53,090 nt of DNA from a virus (taxonomy: Duplodnaviria; Caudoviricetes). Location: the IMG/VR virus record IMGVR_UViG_3300049454_000023, positions 1-53,090 of that record; one strand, written 5' to 3'. The notes under the pieces are model-generated. The model saw only the letters and a list, made by a program, of their open reading frames with translations, was not told the origin of the DNA and ran no database searches. The first letter of the stretch is position 1; each line of letters starts with the position of its first letter. This document shows, piece after piece, positions 52,564-53,090 of this stretch. The position numbers and the translations under genes are program-made.

Positions 52564-53090
52564 CTACACGTTGCTCGCCACGACTGCGACGAGCGCGACA
52601 AGAACTCCGACCGCGCCGATAACTACCCCGATGATCGCCCCGCTCGCGCTCTGTTGCTCACGACGCTGCCCTTCGGCTTCACCGCTGCCGACCGCACGCT
52701 GCTCGACGGTGGTGAGGCGTTCCTTGAGATCGGCAACCTCGCGGCGCTGGCCACCTAGGGCGGTCTCGAAGGTCGAGCCGAGCTGCTCGATGGACTTCGT
52801 GGTCGCGGCCTCGCTCTTGGCGATCGAGCGCTCTGAGGCGATGGTCTGCTCTTTGACGGCCTCTTTGGCGGCACTGAGCGCGGCGTCGACGGCGGCCTTC
52901 GTGTCCTCCTTCTGCTCTACGCGCTGGCGCTCGGTTTGGTTCAGCTTGTCTTTGACGCCGCGGAACTCCTCCTGGCGCACGGCGATCTGTCCCTCGATGC
53001 GCTCGTTAAGCAGTCGCTCTAGCCAGGCGATCCGCGTCTCGATCAGCTCTCGGAGGTTGAGAACCTCGCGTTGAAGGGCCTCGGTGGTGA
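52564..53090 (-). CDS. 3' part of the junction-spanning coiled-coil/membrane-anchored protein
   Basis: Heptad-rich A/E/K/Q segment ending in hydrophobic AIIGVVIGAVGVLVALVAVVA. Confidence 0.75.
   Translation of the reverse strand, partial: TTEALQREVLNLRELIETRIAWLERLLNERIEGQIAVRQEEFRGVKDKLNQTERQRVEQKEDTKAAVDAALSAAKEAVKEQTIASERSIAKSEAATTKSIEQLGSTFETALGGQRREVADLKERLTTVEQRAVGSGEAEGQRREQQSASGAIIGVVIGAVGVLVALVAVVASNV
52964..53090 (+). repeat. 127-bp terminal direct repeat (copy 2)
   Basis: Identical to 1-127. Confidence 0.95.

Larger units (their letters stand above)
1..53090. mobile_element. Complete circular(ly permuted) contractile-tailed bacteriophage genome, probable actinobacterial host
   Basis: Full set of terminase, portal, capsid, sheath, tube, tape measure, baseplate and lysis genes; the ends overlap by 127 bp; no host housekeeping genes. 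Confidence 0.95.

Overview
The window is a complete, circularly assembled tailed-phage genome. Bases 1-127 are repeated exactly at 52964-53090, so the unit length is about 52,963 bp. It is GC-rich and almost all genes lie on the minus strand. The virion is a contractile-tailed (myovirus-type) phage with a Mu-like head module (portal fused to a MuF-like domain, prohead protease with nested scaffold, decoration protein, major capsid), then neck, sheath, tube, chaperone, tape measure, baseplate, a spike/fibre chimera, endolysin and holin. A long early region carries Sak/Rad52-like annealase, a Cas4-like exonuclease, RusA, many small hypothetical genes, and TerS/TerL. I found no integrase, ParA, DNA polymerase, helicase or primase. 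Leaderless TANNNT-N6/7-ATG starts and an ArsR-like wHTH suggest an actinobacterial host, possibly Solirubrobacterales (inference). The most unusual hand-read signals are: (i) about five ORF-poor, highly structured segments, most with their own promoter and several with pseudoknot or kissing-loop complementarity, which are candidate ncRNAs; (ii) a 14-bp pseudo-palindromic box TTGACAAAGCGCAA over the -35 of at least 8 promoters; (iii) a separate late-promoter consensus GGG(T/G)CG(G/T)-N10/11-TANNNT-leaderless ATG; (iv) a non-canonical -1 frameshift candidate in the tail chaperone; (v) several unusual structural-protein fusions. All calls come from reading motifs by eye; no searches or folding programs were run.
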